Shown piece after piece: positions 1 to 8,790 of a DNA stretch of 64,000 nucleotides. Both the position numbers and the translations under genes were made by a program. The DNA comes from Verrucomicrobiota bacterium (GTDB lineage: Bacteria; Verrucomicrobiota; Verrucomicrobiia; Limisphaerales; JBBRPK01): positions 3,027 to 67,026 of the forward strand of contig JBBRPK010000008.1 in the NCBI GenBank assembly GCA_038228235.1, in the 5' to 3' direction. The notes under the pieces were generated by a model, which had not been told where the DNA came from, ran no database searches, and saw nothing but the letters and a program-made list of their open reading frames with translations. How positions within the stretch are numbered: position 1 is the first letter of the stretch; each line of letters begins with the position of its first letter.

Positions 1-383
1 CAAGCACGAGCGAAACCGCCAATGAGTTCCGTAAAGACCCGCGGCTCCAGTTTGCCAGTGCCAATATAATCGAGGAAAAAAAGCGGCTCAGCGCCAAGCA
101 CTGCGATATCATCGACACAATGGTTGACGAGATCCTGGCCAATGGTGTCATGGCGGTCCATGGCAAAGGCCAGCTTGAGCTTGGTCCCCACACCATCGAC
201 GCTGGAGACGAGCACCGGTTGCCGATATTTCCTGACGTCCAACGCAAAGAGGCCGCCGAAGCCCCCCACTTTGCCCATCACCTCGCGGCGATGGGTGGAA
301 GCGAGCAGTTGTGGCAAGGTTGCCTTGACACGGTTGCCCAGATCAATATCCACTCCCGCGCGGGCATAGGCTTTTTGTTTCAT
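1..383 (-). CDS. purM: Phosphoribosylformylglycinamidine cyclo-ligase (AIR synthase), 5' part; runs off window start
   Basis: Manual minus-strand translation from ATG at 383: MKQKAYARAGVDIDLGNRVK...GKVGGFGGLFAL...PVLVSSVDGVGTKLKLAFAMDRHDTIGQDLVNHCVDDIAVLGAEPLFFLDY. YxxAGVD, GGFGGLF, DGVGTK and AEPLFFLDY are PurM motifs. Not in the ORF track; overlaps the MFS stop codon by 4 bp (ATGA). Confidence 0.96.
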   Translation of the reverse strand, partial: MKQKAYARAGVDIDLGNRVKATLPQLLASTHRREVMGKVGGFGGLFALDVRKYRQPVLVSSVDGVGTKLKLAFAMDRHDTIGQDLVNHCVDDIAVLGAEPLFFLDYIGTGKLEPRVFTELIGGFARA

Positions 384-1696
384 TCCGGCAGAGCCTTGTC
401 CTTAGTTTCGGGGGCGAACCAGATCAGGACCATTCCCAAAATATAAACGAGGGTGATCACGGCGCCTGCTTTGGCGAAGCTGCCGTTGTAAAAACTCATC
501 AGTTGGCCCTGGCCCAGCGCGCCGCCGGCGGCAAACAACCGCCCGGAATTGTAGCAGACCCCCTGCCCTGTTGCCCTGATGCGGGTAGGAAATAATTCCG
601 GCAGGTAAAGTGGAAGCCAGCCGTAAAAGGCCGCCGTCACGCTCCCAACCAAACCGACCAACACGAGAAACAAAACTCCGAAATGATCCACGGCGCGAAA
701 TAAAATCCCGCAGAACCCGAGGGACAACACGCAAAGTCCAAAATAAGTTGTCCTTCGCCCCAACCCCAATCCCACCCATGCTCCTAGCAAACAGCCCGCG
801 ACTGCGCCGAGGCCCGAGACAATTTGAGTAAGGGCCTTCGCGCGGGGCAAGGTCCCGCCGGTAAGTTGGTCGGCCCATGCTGGAAGCCATTGCACCGATC
901 CCCAAGTGCCAATAAGCGCCACCGAAGCGAAGGCGATCGCCAAAAGCGTATTCTTGAGCCATGCCGGACTGAAGATTTCTTTGAGCGGATGGACCATGCC
1001 GCGCTTGACGGCGGCTTTCCAGGGTTCCGATTCAGGAACAAAGAATTGGATGAAGAAAGCAAGCACGGCGGGGGCCGCGCCTGCCAACATGACCCAACGC
1101 CAGGAGCTTTGCGTGACCTTCCAATAAAGTCCCAGAACCGCGATCAAAGCGAAACCAACATTGGCAGCGGCCCCAATGATGCCAGCCAGGAGGGGCCGTT
1201 TGCTGCGAGGCCACGATTCCATCACCAGTGCCACGCCGAGTGACCATTCCCCGCCCATGCCAAAGGCCGCCACGAATCGAAGCGCCCCGAGCTGCCAGGG
1301 TTGCTTTACGAAATAGCACAGGCCGCTAAAGACCGAGTAAGTCAGAATGCTCAGCATCATGGCTCGAACCCTGCCGATGCGGTCGCCCAGCCAGCCAAAG
1401 GTCAATCCCCCGAAGGCAGCTCCGACTAGAAAAAGGGCCACTATCCTAGCCATCCAAAACCCGACAAATTGATCGGCAGCCATGCCAGTGTGGGCGGGCA
1501 TTAAATCAAGCAAGGCCGGACGCGCGACCAGCGGAAAAATCCCCATCTCCAACCCATCAAACATCCAGCCCAGGAAGGCAGCCACCAATACCATCCACTG
1601 CCCCTGGTTAATGCCAAGGCCCTTGGCTGCGAATACTTTCGCAGTTGCGGCTGGGTTCGAGGTTTGCTGAACAATATTCTGCGCCACCAGGCACAC
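380..1696 (-). CDS. MFS transporter (about 12 TM; sialate/sugar/organic-acid transporter-like)
   Basis: 438-aa ORF with FLGWMFDGLE, motif A GWLGDRIGRVRAM, GMGGEWSLG...ESWP and PELFPTRIRATGQG. Exact start uncertain. Confidence 0.9.
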   Translation of the reverse strand: MCLVAQNIVQQTSNPAATAKVFAAKGLGINQGQWMVLVAAFLGWMFDGLEMGIFPLVARPALLDLMPAHTGMAADQFVGFWMARIVALFLVGAAFGGLTFGWLGDRIGRVRAMMLSILTYSVFSGLCYFVKQPWQLGALRFVAAFGMGGEWSLGVALVMESWPRSKRPLLAGIIGAAANVGFALIAVLGLYWKVTQSSWRWVMLAGAAPAVLAFFIQFFVPESEPWKAAVKRGMVHPLKEIFSPAWLKNTLLAIAFASVALIGTWGSVQWLPAWADQLTGGTLPRAKALTQIVSGLGAVAGCLLGAWVGLGLGRRTTYFGLCVLSLGFCGILFRAVDHFGVLFLVLVGLVGSVTAAFYGWLPLYLPELFPTRIRATGQGVCYNSGRLFAAGGALGQGQLMSFYNGSFAKAGAVITLVYILGMVLIWFAPETKDKALPE

Positions 1697-1773
1697 CCTT
1701 GGGCATCCAAGGCTGGGTGGTCAAGGCTGTTGTTTTCAGCAATTCATTATGGCGGTGTCTCGGTATCACGCTA

Positions 1774-1839
1774 GGAAGGACGAGTTCCACGAGTCGCTAT
1801 TTGCCCAATAGATCAGAGACTCGTGGAACTCGTCCTTCC
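1774..1839. repeat. Perfect 22-bp inverted repeat (REP/REPIN-like hairpin)
   Basis: GGAAGGACGAGTTCCACGAGTC (1774-1795) and its exact reverse complement GACTCGTGGAACTCGTCCTTCC (1818-1839) around a 22-nt spacer. The repeat is certain; the REP label is inference. Confidence 0.8.
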
Positions 1840-2483
1840 GACCCAGCAGGGTTCGAATCACGGTGTTGTTTCCTGAACCAATCGATTGGGCGCGAGCGCG
1901 AGAGGACCGTGGTTTTTTTCGGAGTGCGCCCGTCCTCGGGCGCAGAGACGGCGAACCTGAGGAAGGTCGGCTGGAAAAACTCAACTTGTTTGGGTATGCA
2001 GCCGTTGCTGCAACGGAGGAAGAGGCGCACGTCGCCGCCCTTTTGAGCCTGCATCGAAGAAAAAAACGGGCCAGTGCCTGAGGCCCTCGCGCCGAAAGGG
2101 CGCTAACGGCTGGACAGCGTATCAGGTAGAGCGCAGGCCAACACCGCGGTAGCTATCTTAACCGGTAGTGCCGAACTGAGGCTGATCGTGTATTACCCGC
2201 ACATCACTTTCCACAACTTGGACATGCCGGCACTGGCCACGTAAATTCAAAGAGCATTCACTACGCTTCGTTCTGTGGAGAGTGATTATGCATAAATCTC
2301 AATGGGTGAATATCAGGGCTGATTCCCTCCCCCGGCTCAGTAAATCTACGATGAATCCTTACCGGGAAAGTACGGATGACCCCGGGGTCTCGTTGCAAGG
2401 GGAGAGCGGGCTAACGCTGCACCCACCTTCCCAAAAACAGTGGCAAGTGGACACTACGCCTGATCTTTCGAGTCGTTAGGGAA

Positions 2484-2499
2484 CGTGGAACTCGTTCTT
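2484..2499. repeat. Partial third copy of the REP-like unit
   Basis: CGTGGAACTCGTTCTT matches CGTGGAACTCGTCCTT of the 1818-1839 arm at 15/16 positions. Confidence 0.55.
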
Positions 2500-2588
2500 G
2501 CGACCAGAGGGCACGGCCACCCCAGAAGCCTGGGTTGACGGCTGCAAACAGATTTGTGAGGCTATGGCCATCATCAAGTATCTCGCGC

Positions 2589-3500
2589 ATGGAACTTAAA
2601 AAAGCTATCATTACCGCCGCCGGCCAAAGCCAAAGAACTCTCCCCTTGCAATCGTTGGTCGATCGCGATGGCGTCACGAAAACTGCGCTTGCCATCATTA
2701 TCGAAGAGATTCTGCAAGCCGGCCTGGAGGAAATTTGCGTGGTGGTTTGGCCCGGCGATCAAGCGGCATATGCCAGTGCGGCTGGCGCGCACGGCAACCG
2801 CCTGAGATTTGTCGAGCAGACCGCTCCCTTGGGTTATGGCCACGCGGTGTATTGCGCACGGCATTTCGCGGAAGGCCAGGCATTTTTGTTGCTGGTCGGC
2901 GATCACCTTTACGTGAGCGGCAGCCAAAAGCGGTGCGCCCAACAACTGGTGGAAATTGCCGCCGGCGAGAACTGCGCTGTCTCAGCCGTCCAGGCGACGC
3001 ATGAAAGCAAGCTTCCCTATTATGGAGCGATCGGAGGCCGATTGGTTCCGGGAAAGCAGCGGCTGTATGAGGTCCAAGACGTTTTGGAAAAGCCGACCCC
3101 CACCGAAGCCGAACAGAGACTCATTGTGCCCGGTTTGCGCGCCGGTCATTATCTCTGTTTCTTCGGCATGCATGTTCTCACGCCCACGTTAATGGACATT
3201 CTAGGGGAGGAAGTAGAACATCCTTCGCCCCTATCCAGCCAACCAGCAGGCATGTCGGGGCCTAAACCGCCGAAGGAGCTTGAAACGTTCCGGCAAAAGC
3301 ATGGAATTCATCTCACCACTGCCCTGGCGAAGTTGGCGGCGCGCGAGCGTTATCTCACGAGCGAGCTTCACGGCCGGCGTTACGATATTGGCGTGAAGTA
3401 CGGTCTGCTTACGGCCCAGCTTGCCCTCGCTCTCGATGGGAAGAATCGCGATGAGGTGCTGAGCCTCCTGGTCGAGTTGCTGGCTAACAAGGTGCGCTAA
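2589..3500 (+). CDS. galU: UTP--glucose-1-phosphate uridylyltransferase-like nucleotidyltransferase
   Basis: [16 protein letters not shown]..., [29 protein letters not shown]. Start taken at ATG 2589 (track ORF begins at 2535). Confidence 0.8.
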   Translation: MELKKAIITAAGQSQRTLPLQSLVDRDGVTKTALAIIIEEILQAGLEEICVVVWPGDQAAYASAAGAHGNRLRFVEQTAPLGYGHAVYCARHFAEGQAFLLLVGDHLYVSGSQKRCAQQLVEIAAGENCAVSAVQATHESKLPYYGAIGGRLVPGKQRLYEVQDVLEKPTPTEAEQRLIVPGLRAGHYLCFFGMHVLTPTLMDILGEEVEHPSPLSSQPAGMSGPKPPKELETFRQKHGIHLTTALAKLAARERYLTSELHGRRYDIGVKYGLLTAQLALALDGKNRDEVLSLLVELLANKVR

Positions 3501-3634
3501 CAGCCTGCGTCCGTTTGGTGTTAACGCTTTAGCGTGTCTGAAGGAGCCTGACAGCCCGGAAGGCTGGATACCAACCGCGGACAACCTTGGCCAGCTCCAA
3601 CCGATTTAAAAAAGGAGCTAGTCCGATATCCCTA

Positions 3635-4981
3635 CTATGCCAGCTTCCAAGGATCGCGGTAGATGACGTCCAGCCAGGCCTTATCGCCCGTCCCGTCAAC
3701 GAACTGGAACTTCTTCGGGTCCCACTTCATCTTTTGCCCGTGATAATAGGCCAGGTTGACTAGATGACAAACGATGACGGTGTGGGCGCCCGTTTCAACG
3801 TCACAGATAGGCTTGCCGCGACTGCGAACGCACGAGAGCCAATCACCCTGATGATCGTTGCTTTTATAGAGACGCTTGGCATCGCCGGCGAGAAATTCCG
3901 TGGCGATCGCTTCGCATTGAGCCTGTGAATCGGCTTTCTGTTCAGAACCCAGCCAAAATTGAAACTTGCCCCGGTTGACGTTTATCTTCCCCTCGGTGCC
4001 ATAAAACCAGATCCCATCGCCCGCTTTGGGGTCGTGATCGGTGGGACTATGGAGGACCTCCGTGCCATTGGCGTAAGTGTAGCGCGCGCCATTTTTGGCA
4101 TCCGGTTTGTCGGCGGGGAAAATCTCCACCGGCCCACTCTCATCCATACCCAGGCCCCATTGAGCGATATCGAAATGATGGGCCCCCCAATCGGTGATCA
4201 TCCCGCCGCCGTATTCACGATAATTGCGCCAATTCGGAAAGTGTTTGTGGACCCCACGGGGGCTGAGCTCGGAATGGTAAGGCCGCAAAGGCGCGGGGCC
4301 GAGCCACATATTCCAATCCAACCCCGGCTCCTCTGCCTCGCCCGGCAAGTCGCAAGGCACTCCCGGCCCTCCCACAAAAACCTCGACTGATTTAACCTTG
4401 CCGATTCGGCCATTCCGAACCAGTTCGCAGGCTGTCCGAAATTCCTTGGAAGATCGTTGCATGCTGCCCGTCTGGAAGACCCGCTTGTTCTTGCGGACCG
4501 CGTCCACTAGCGCGCGGGCCTGGTGAATTGATTCCGTGAGAGGCTTCTCACAATAAATGTCTTTGCCGCCACGAGCGGCAGCGATGGCCACCAGGGCGTG
4601 CCAATGGTCCGGGGTCGCGATTACTACCGCATCGATGTCCTTGCGCTCCAAGAGTTCTCGAAAATCTTTGTAGGCTGCGCAGCCAGTGTAGGCGCCGGCA
4701 GGGTTTTGTTTAGCATAGAAACCTTCAACAATTTTCTGGGCATTCTCGCGCCGGGTCGTATCCACATCGCAAACCGCGACGGTCTGCGTTTCTTTTTTGT
4801 TGAGAAACCCACCCATCAGGCCACGCCCCTGCGTTCCGACACCGATAAAGCCCAGATTGAGGCGATCGCTTGGTTTAGTTTCGGCCGCCCAGATGTTCGA
4901 AGGAAGCAGGAATGGCGCGCCGACGCCGAGCACGACCGTCGATTTAAGAAACGTGCGGCGATTGGAAAGCTTTGTATTCAT
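3635..4981 (-). CDS. Tat-exported Gfo/Idh/MocA-family oxidoreductase
   Basis: SNRRTFLK twin-arginine leader, GFIGVGTQG Rossmann motif, IATPDHWH, CEKP, DWGAHHFD. Start taken at ATG 4981 (MNTKLSNRR). Confidence 0.92.
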   Translation of the reverse strand: MNTKLSNRRTFLKSTVVLGVGAPFLLPSNIWAAETKPSDRLNLGFIGVGTQGRGLMGGFLNKKETQTVAVCDVDTTRRENAQKIVEGFYAKQNPAGAYTGCAAYKDFRELLERKDIDAVVIATPDHWHALVAIAAARGGKDIYCEKPLTESIHQARALVDAVRKNKRVFQTGSMQRSSKEFRTACELVRNGRIGKVKSVEVFVGGPGVPCDLPGEAEEPGLDWNMWLGPAPLRPYHSELSPRGVHKHFPNWRNYREYGGGMITDWGAHHFDIAQWGLGMDESGPVEIFPADKPDAKNGARYTYANGTEVLHSPTDHDPKAGDGIWFYGTEGKINVNRGKFQFWLGSEQKADSQAQCEAIATEFLAGDAKRLYKSNDHQGDWLSCVRSRGKPICDVETGAHTVIVCHLVNLAYYHGQKMKWDPKKFQFVDGTGDKAWLDVIYRDPWKLA

Positions 4982-5119
4982 GGGGATAGTTATCCCCCTT
5001 TCCTTGAACCCGGCAAGCTCTAAGAAGCGCAAAAGTACGACCCCAGAAGAAAACACTGGACAGAGAGGTGCAGAGCGGCGGACAGCCCGGTTTATGGGAG
5101 ATTCTCATTCAGTCGCTTT

Positions 5120-5896
5120 CTACCCATAGCGCCCTTCAATGTACTCGGCGGTCTTGGGATTCCTGGGAGCGAGAAACAAATCTTCGGTCCGGCTGTGTTC
5201 CATGATTTCCCCCATCAGCATGAAGATGCATTCATCGCTGGCGCGGCGGGCCTGGGCCATATTATGGGTCACAATCACGATGGTATAGCGGCCCTTAAGT
5301 GTTAGCATCAGCTCTTCGATGGCCCGCGTCGCCTCCACGTCGAGGGCGGAGCACGGTTCATCCATCAGAATGACTTCAGGTTTAAGCGGGAGGAGCCGAG
5401 CGATGCAGAGCTTTTGCTGCTGCTCGAGTTGGAGGGTGGTGGCTTTTACATCGAGGCGATCCTTCAGATCGTTCCAGAGGCCCACTTCGCTCAACGCTCG
5501 CTCCACGATCTCGTCGGTGCGGGCTTTGTTCAACGCACTGCGCTCGTTGTGAATGCGCATGCCAAAGACGACATTCTCATAAACTGAGATCGGCAACGGG
5601 TTGGGCCGCTGGAACACCATTCCCACGGATTTCCGCAACTCGATCAGGGAGATGTCCGGTTCGTAAATGTTTTGGCCAAGGATTTTGATTTCGCCCGTAG
5701 TGGTGACATAGCCATAACGTTCGTTTACCCGGTTAAAGCAGCGCAGAAGGGTTGTCTTGCCGCAACCCGATGGACCAATCAAGGAAGTGATCAGGCCATG
5801 TTTCAAATTCACGCTCACGTTGATCAGGGCCTGGAATTCGGCGTACCAAAGGCAAACCTGCCGGGTGGTGATGCAATACTCGATGGGATCGCTCAT
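5120..5896 (-). CDS. pstB: Phosphate ABC transporter ATP-binding subunit (copy 1; degenerate ABC signature)
   Basis: Walker A GPSGCGKTT, Q-loop GMVFQRPNP, Walker B ILMDEPCSALD, H-loop IVTHN; the signature reads LQLEQQQK instead of LSGGQQQR. Last gene of the pst operon. Confidence 0.92.
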   Translation of the reverse strand: MSDPIEYCITTRQVCLWYAEFQALINVSVNLKHGLITSLIGPSGCGKTTLLRCFNRVNERYGYVTTTGEIKILGQNIYEPDISLIELRKSVGMVFQRPNPLPISVYENVVFGMRIHNERSALNKARTDEIVERALSEVGLWNDLKDRLDVKATTLQLEQQQKLCIARLLPLKPEVILMDEPCSALDVEATRAIEELMLTLKGRYTIVIVTHNMAQARRASDECIFMLMGEIMEHSRTEDLFLAPRNPKTAEYIEGRYG

Positions 5897-6738
5897 CCGA
5901 AGATTCCGTTTACGTAATCGTAGGTCCGCTTGTCCCTGGGCGTTTCGCTGAAGGCGACCTCCGTCGAGCTGAGTTCAACGATCTCACCGCGCCAGAGGAA
6001 AAGCGTCTGATCGGCCAGACGGCGGGCCTGCTGCACGAGGTTCGTGACCAGAATGATGGTCATGGTTTTGCGCAATTTTTTCAGCACATCTTCGATGCGC
6101 ATGGTGGTGACGGGGTCGATGGCGATGCTGAATTCATCGAGGCACAAAATCTCCGGGGAGAGAGAAAGCGCGCGGGCAAGGGTGAGGCGTTGCTGCTGGC
6201 CGCCGGAAAGGCGCGTGCCCAGCATGCCAAGCCGGTCTTTCACCTCATCCCAGAGAACTGCTTGTCGCAGGCAGCGTTCCACCGTTTCATCAAGCTCCGC
6301 CCTGGCAGTGGTGCCCATGCGGCGCGGAGCGTAAGCCACGTTCTCGTAAATGGTCAGCGGGAGACCCACTGGAAGCGGAAAGACCATACCGATGTGGCGG
6401 CGCAGTTCATTCGGGTTGCGAATATCAGCGACACTTTCGCCGTTGATCAACACGTCCCCCGTGAAACGCGCGCCTCCGACGAAATCGAGGGTCCGGTTAA
6501 TGGTCTTGAGCAGGGTAGTTTTGCCAGAGTTCGCTGGCCCAATCACGCCAAGCACGCTGTTGCGTTCGACGGTAAAGCTGATGTTGCGCAAGACCTGCTT
6601 GGAACCATAGAAAGCGGAGAGATTGCGAAATTCGATGTGTGGCTGAGATCCCAATCCAGCCTGGCGGCTGGCGACGGTCTGGCTCGGTTCTGCGCCCTTA
6701 ACTTGGCGGCTCAGAGATTCATCGGAGGGGGAGATCAT
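5893..6738 (-). CDS. pstB: Phosphate ABC transporter ATP-binding subunit (copy 2; degenerate Walker A, Q-loop and H-loop)
   Basis: GPANSGKTT, GMVFPLP, intact LSGGQQQRL, LCLDEF, LVTNLVQ. Start taken at ATG 6738; ATGA overlap with the next pstB. Confidence 0.9.
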   Translation of the reverse strand: MISPSDESLSRQVKGAEPSQTVASRQAGLGSQPHIEFRNLSAFYGSKQVLRNISFTVERNSVLGVIGPANSGKTTLLKTINRTLDFVGGARFTGDVLINGESVADIRNPNELRRHIGMVFPLPVGLPLTIYENVAYAPRRMGTTARAELDETVERCLRQAVLWDEVKDRLGMLGTRLSGGQQQRLTLARALSLSPEILCLDEFSIAIDPVTTMRIEDVLKKLRKTMTIILVTNLVQQARRLADQTLFLWRGEIVELSSTEVAFSETPRDKRTYDYVNGIFG

Positions 6739-6742
6739 GGGG

Positions 6743-7732
6743 TCACCAGCGTTTATGGCCTCGCAACCAGACCCGCAACGCGATGGCGAAGCTATTAACA
6801 AAGAGGATGAGCGCGATCAGAACAGCGGCGCTGCCATACTTCATCACATCGGGCATCTGAGAAATTTGGTTGCAGATGATGTTCAAATGCATCGACATCG
6901 CCATGAACGGTTCGCCAGGATTGTAAGGAAAAATTTTCTCCCATCCTTCATCGGCCACATATTTGAAAAAGGTGGCTCCGGTGAAAAGAATGGGCGCGGT
7001 TTCGCCGGCGGCGCGAGAGACGACGAGGATGACGCCTGTGAGAATGCCCCCGAGGGAATTCGGCAAAACGATGGTCCGAATGGTCTGCCAGCGCGTCGCG
7101 CCGAGGTTCCAGCAAGCCTCACGAAAGGCTTGGGGCACGCCCCCCAGCGCTTCACGGGCGCTGGTGATAATGACGGGCAAGTTCATGACCGCAATAGTGA
7201 GGGAGGCAGTCAAGAGGCCCGCCTGCCAGTTCGACTCTCGGACATTGGGATCGCCAATGACACGATTGATGGTGGGCAGCATCGTCAGGACAAACGCTCC
7301 CAACCCGAACAACCCGTGCACAATGCTGGGGACGCCAGCGAGGCTGGTGACCGCGATGCTTATGGTGCGGTTGAGCCAGCCTTCGCGCGCGTATTCGTTG
7401 AGGTAGATGGCGGCCAGAATCCCCACGGGCGCCACGAACAGGAGCGAGCCGATGACCAAATAAAACGTGCCCACGAGCGGCGCCCACAAACCGCCCTCCT
7501 TCCCTTTGTTCAAGGGATTGTCCCACAAATAATGGAGCGAAAAAACGGGCAACGCCTTGATGAAAATATCCAAGAGAATCGCCACCAGCGGGAGCACGAG
7601 AACAGCGCAGAAGCTGAACATGATCCATTTGTTGCGAATGGCGCGGCGCGACTTCCGGCGCTCGAATTCGCTCGGCGCAAAGGGATTTACTACCACGGAA
7701 GTGGAAGCGGGGAGTGCGAGTTCGGCATTCAT
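6743..7732 (-). CDS. pstA: Phosphate ABC transporter permease PstA
   Basis: AAIYLNEYA, LAGVPSIVHGLFGL, REALGGVP...EACWNLGATRWQTIR (EAA motif), RAAGETAPIL. Start taken at ATG 7732. Confidence 0.93.
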   Translation of the reverse strand: MNAELALPASTSVVVNPFAPSEFERRKSRRAIRNKWIMFSFCAVLVLPLVAILLDIFIKALPVFSLHYLWDNPLNKGKEGGLWAPLVGTFYLVIGSLLFVAPVGILAAIYLNEYAREGWLNRTISIAVTSLAGVPSIVHGLFGLGAFVLTMLPTINRVIGDPNVRESNWQAGLLTASLTIAVMNLPVIITSAREALGGVPQAFREACWNLGATRWQTIRTIVLPNSLGGILTGVILVVSRAAGETAPILFTGATFFKYVADEGWEKIFPYNPGEPFMAMSMHLNIICNQISQMPDVMKYGSAAVLIALILFVNSFAIALRVWLRGHKRW

Positions 7733-7751
7733 TCGAGACTCTGTCTTCCGG

Positions 7752-8771
7752 TCACACCTTGTTCGCTTTTTTGACTCCTTTGACGATGAGATCGGACGCA
7801 ACGTTGATGCTGCAGGTGATCACGAAAAGGACGATCCCGAGAATGAAGAGCACGCGATAATGGTCGCTGCCATGTACAGTTTCTCCCATCTCCGCCGCCA
7901 GCGTGGCCGTCATGGTGCGCACCGGATCCGTGAACACAGTCGGGATGCGGTTATTGCTTCCCGTTGCCAGGAGGACGGCCATCGTTTCACCCACTGCCCT
8001 TCCCATCCCAAGCATGCAAGCCGCCAGCAGGCCGTTGCGGGCGGCTGGAAAAAGCACGCGGGTCACTGTTTCCCAAGGATTCGCGCCCAGAGCGAGGGCC
8101 GCTTCCCGAAAAGAATCGGGCACCGCGCGTAGCGCGTCTTCGGAGAGCGAGACAATCACCGGAACGCTCATCAACGCAAGGATGATTCCGCCGGTGAGCA
8201 TATTTGTGCCCTGGGCCGCCCCCGTCGCGGAGCTGGCCAGATGCAAAGTGACCATGGCTTGTCCCCACCAACTGCCGGGTGTGGCGGTGAAGATGGATTT
8301 GACAATCGGTCCCAACACCATCAGGCCGATGAAGCCCCAGACGATGGAGGGGATAGCGGCGAGAAGTTCGATGACGACCTTAAGCGTCTCCTTCACCTTG
8401 CCGTGCGCGAACTCTGAGACGTAAATAGCAGCTCCAAGGCCGACGGGGACGGCAATGATAAGCGCGATAAAGGTAGTGGTGAAGGTGCCGATGATTAGGG
8501 CGAGCGCGCCAAAACTGGGCGGGTTTCCGGGCGCAGGGTTAGGAATCCACCGGGGGCTCCCGAAGAAATGGAGCCAGTCCAACCGTGGCATCATGGGAGC
8601 CCCTTCCTTGAAGATAAAAAGGAAGATGGCGATGATGGCGATGATACTGCTCCAGCCGCAAAGCCGAATCAACCACTCGATGGGTTTCTCGAGCAGGTCG
8701 AGAAGTTGAAACTTCTTTTTTGCTCCGGTGGAAGCAGCTTGTGCCATTGGTTCAGATGCTTTTGCCGGCAC
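7752..8771 (-). CDS. pstC: Phosphate ABC transporter permease PstC
   Basis: GLGAAIYVSE, IELLAAIPSIVWG, EDALRAVPDSFREAALALGA, GRAVGETMAV. Confidence 0.93.
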   Translation of the reverse strand: MPAKASEPMAQAASTGAKKKFQLLDLLEKPIEWLIRLCGWSSIIAIIAIFLFIFKEGAPMMPRLDWLHFFGSPRWIPNPAPGNPPSFGALALIIGTFTTTFIALIIAVPVGLGAAIYVSEFAHGKVKETLKVVIELLAAIPSIVWGFIGLMVLGPIVKSIFTATPGSWWGQAMVTLHLASSATGAAQGTNMLTGGIILALMSVPVIVSLSEDALRAVPDSFREAALALGANPWETVTRVLFPAARNGLLAACMLGMGRAVGETMAVLLATGSNNRIPTVFTDPVRTMTATLAAEMGETVHGSDHYRVLFILGIVLFVITCSINVASDLIVKGVKKANKV

Positions 8772-8790
8772 TCAATTCAATGCCGCGGTC

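Noticed and set aside
120-446. Plus-strand ORFs of 108 aa and 81 aa at the window start
   Set aside because: They are antisense shadows of the purM fragment found by manual translation.
1845-1866. GGTTCGAATC resembling a tRNA T-loop
   Set aside because: The flanks cannot form the T-stem (CAGG is followed by ACGG, not CCTG), and there is no D-arm, anticodon arm or acceptor stem.
1645-2698. Small ORFs (60-133 aa) in the MFS-galU gap
   Set aside because: No recognisable motifs, they overlap each other and the inverted repeat, and none has a convincing RBS.
6737-8424. Long plus-strand ORFs (345, 191 and 173 aa) opposite pstA/pstC
   Set aside because: Antisense shadows of well-supported genes; no domain motifs.
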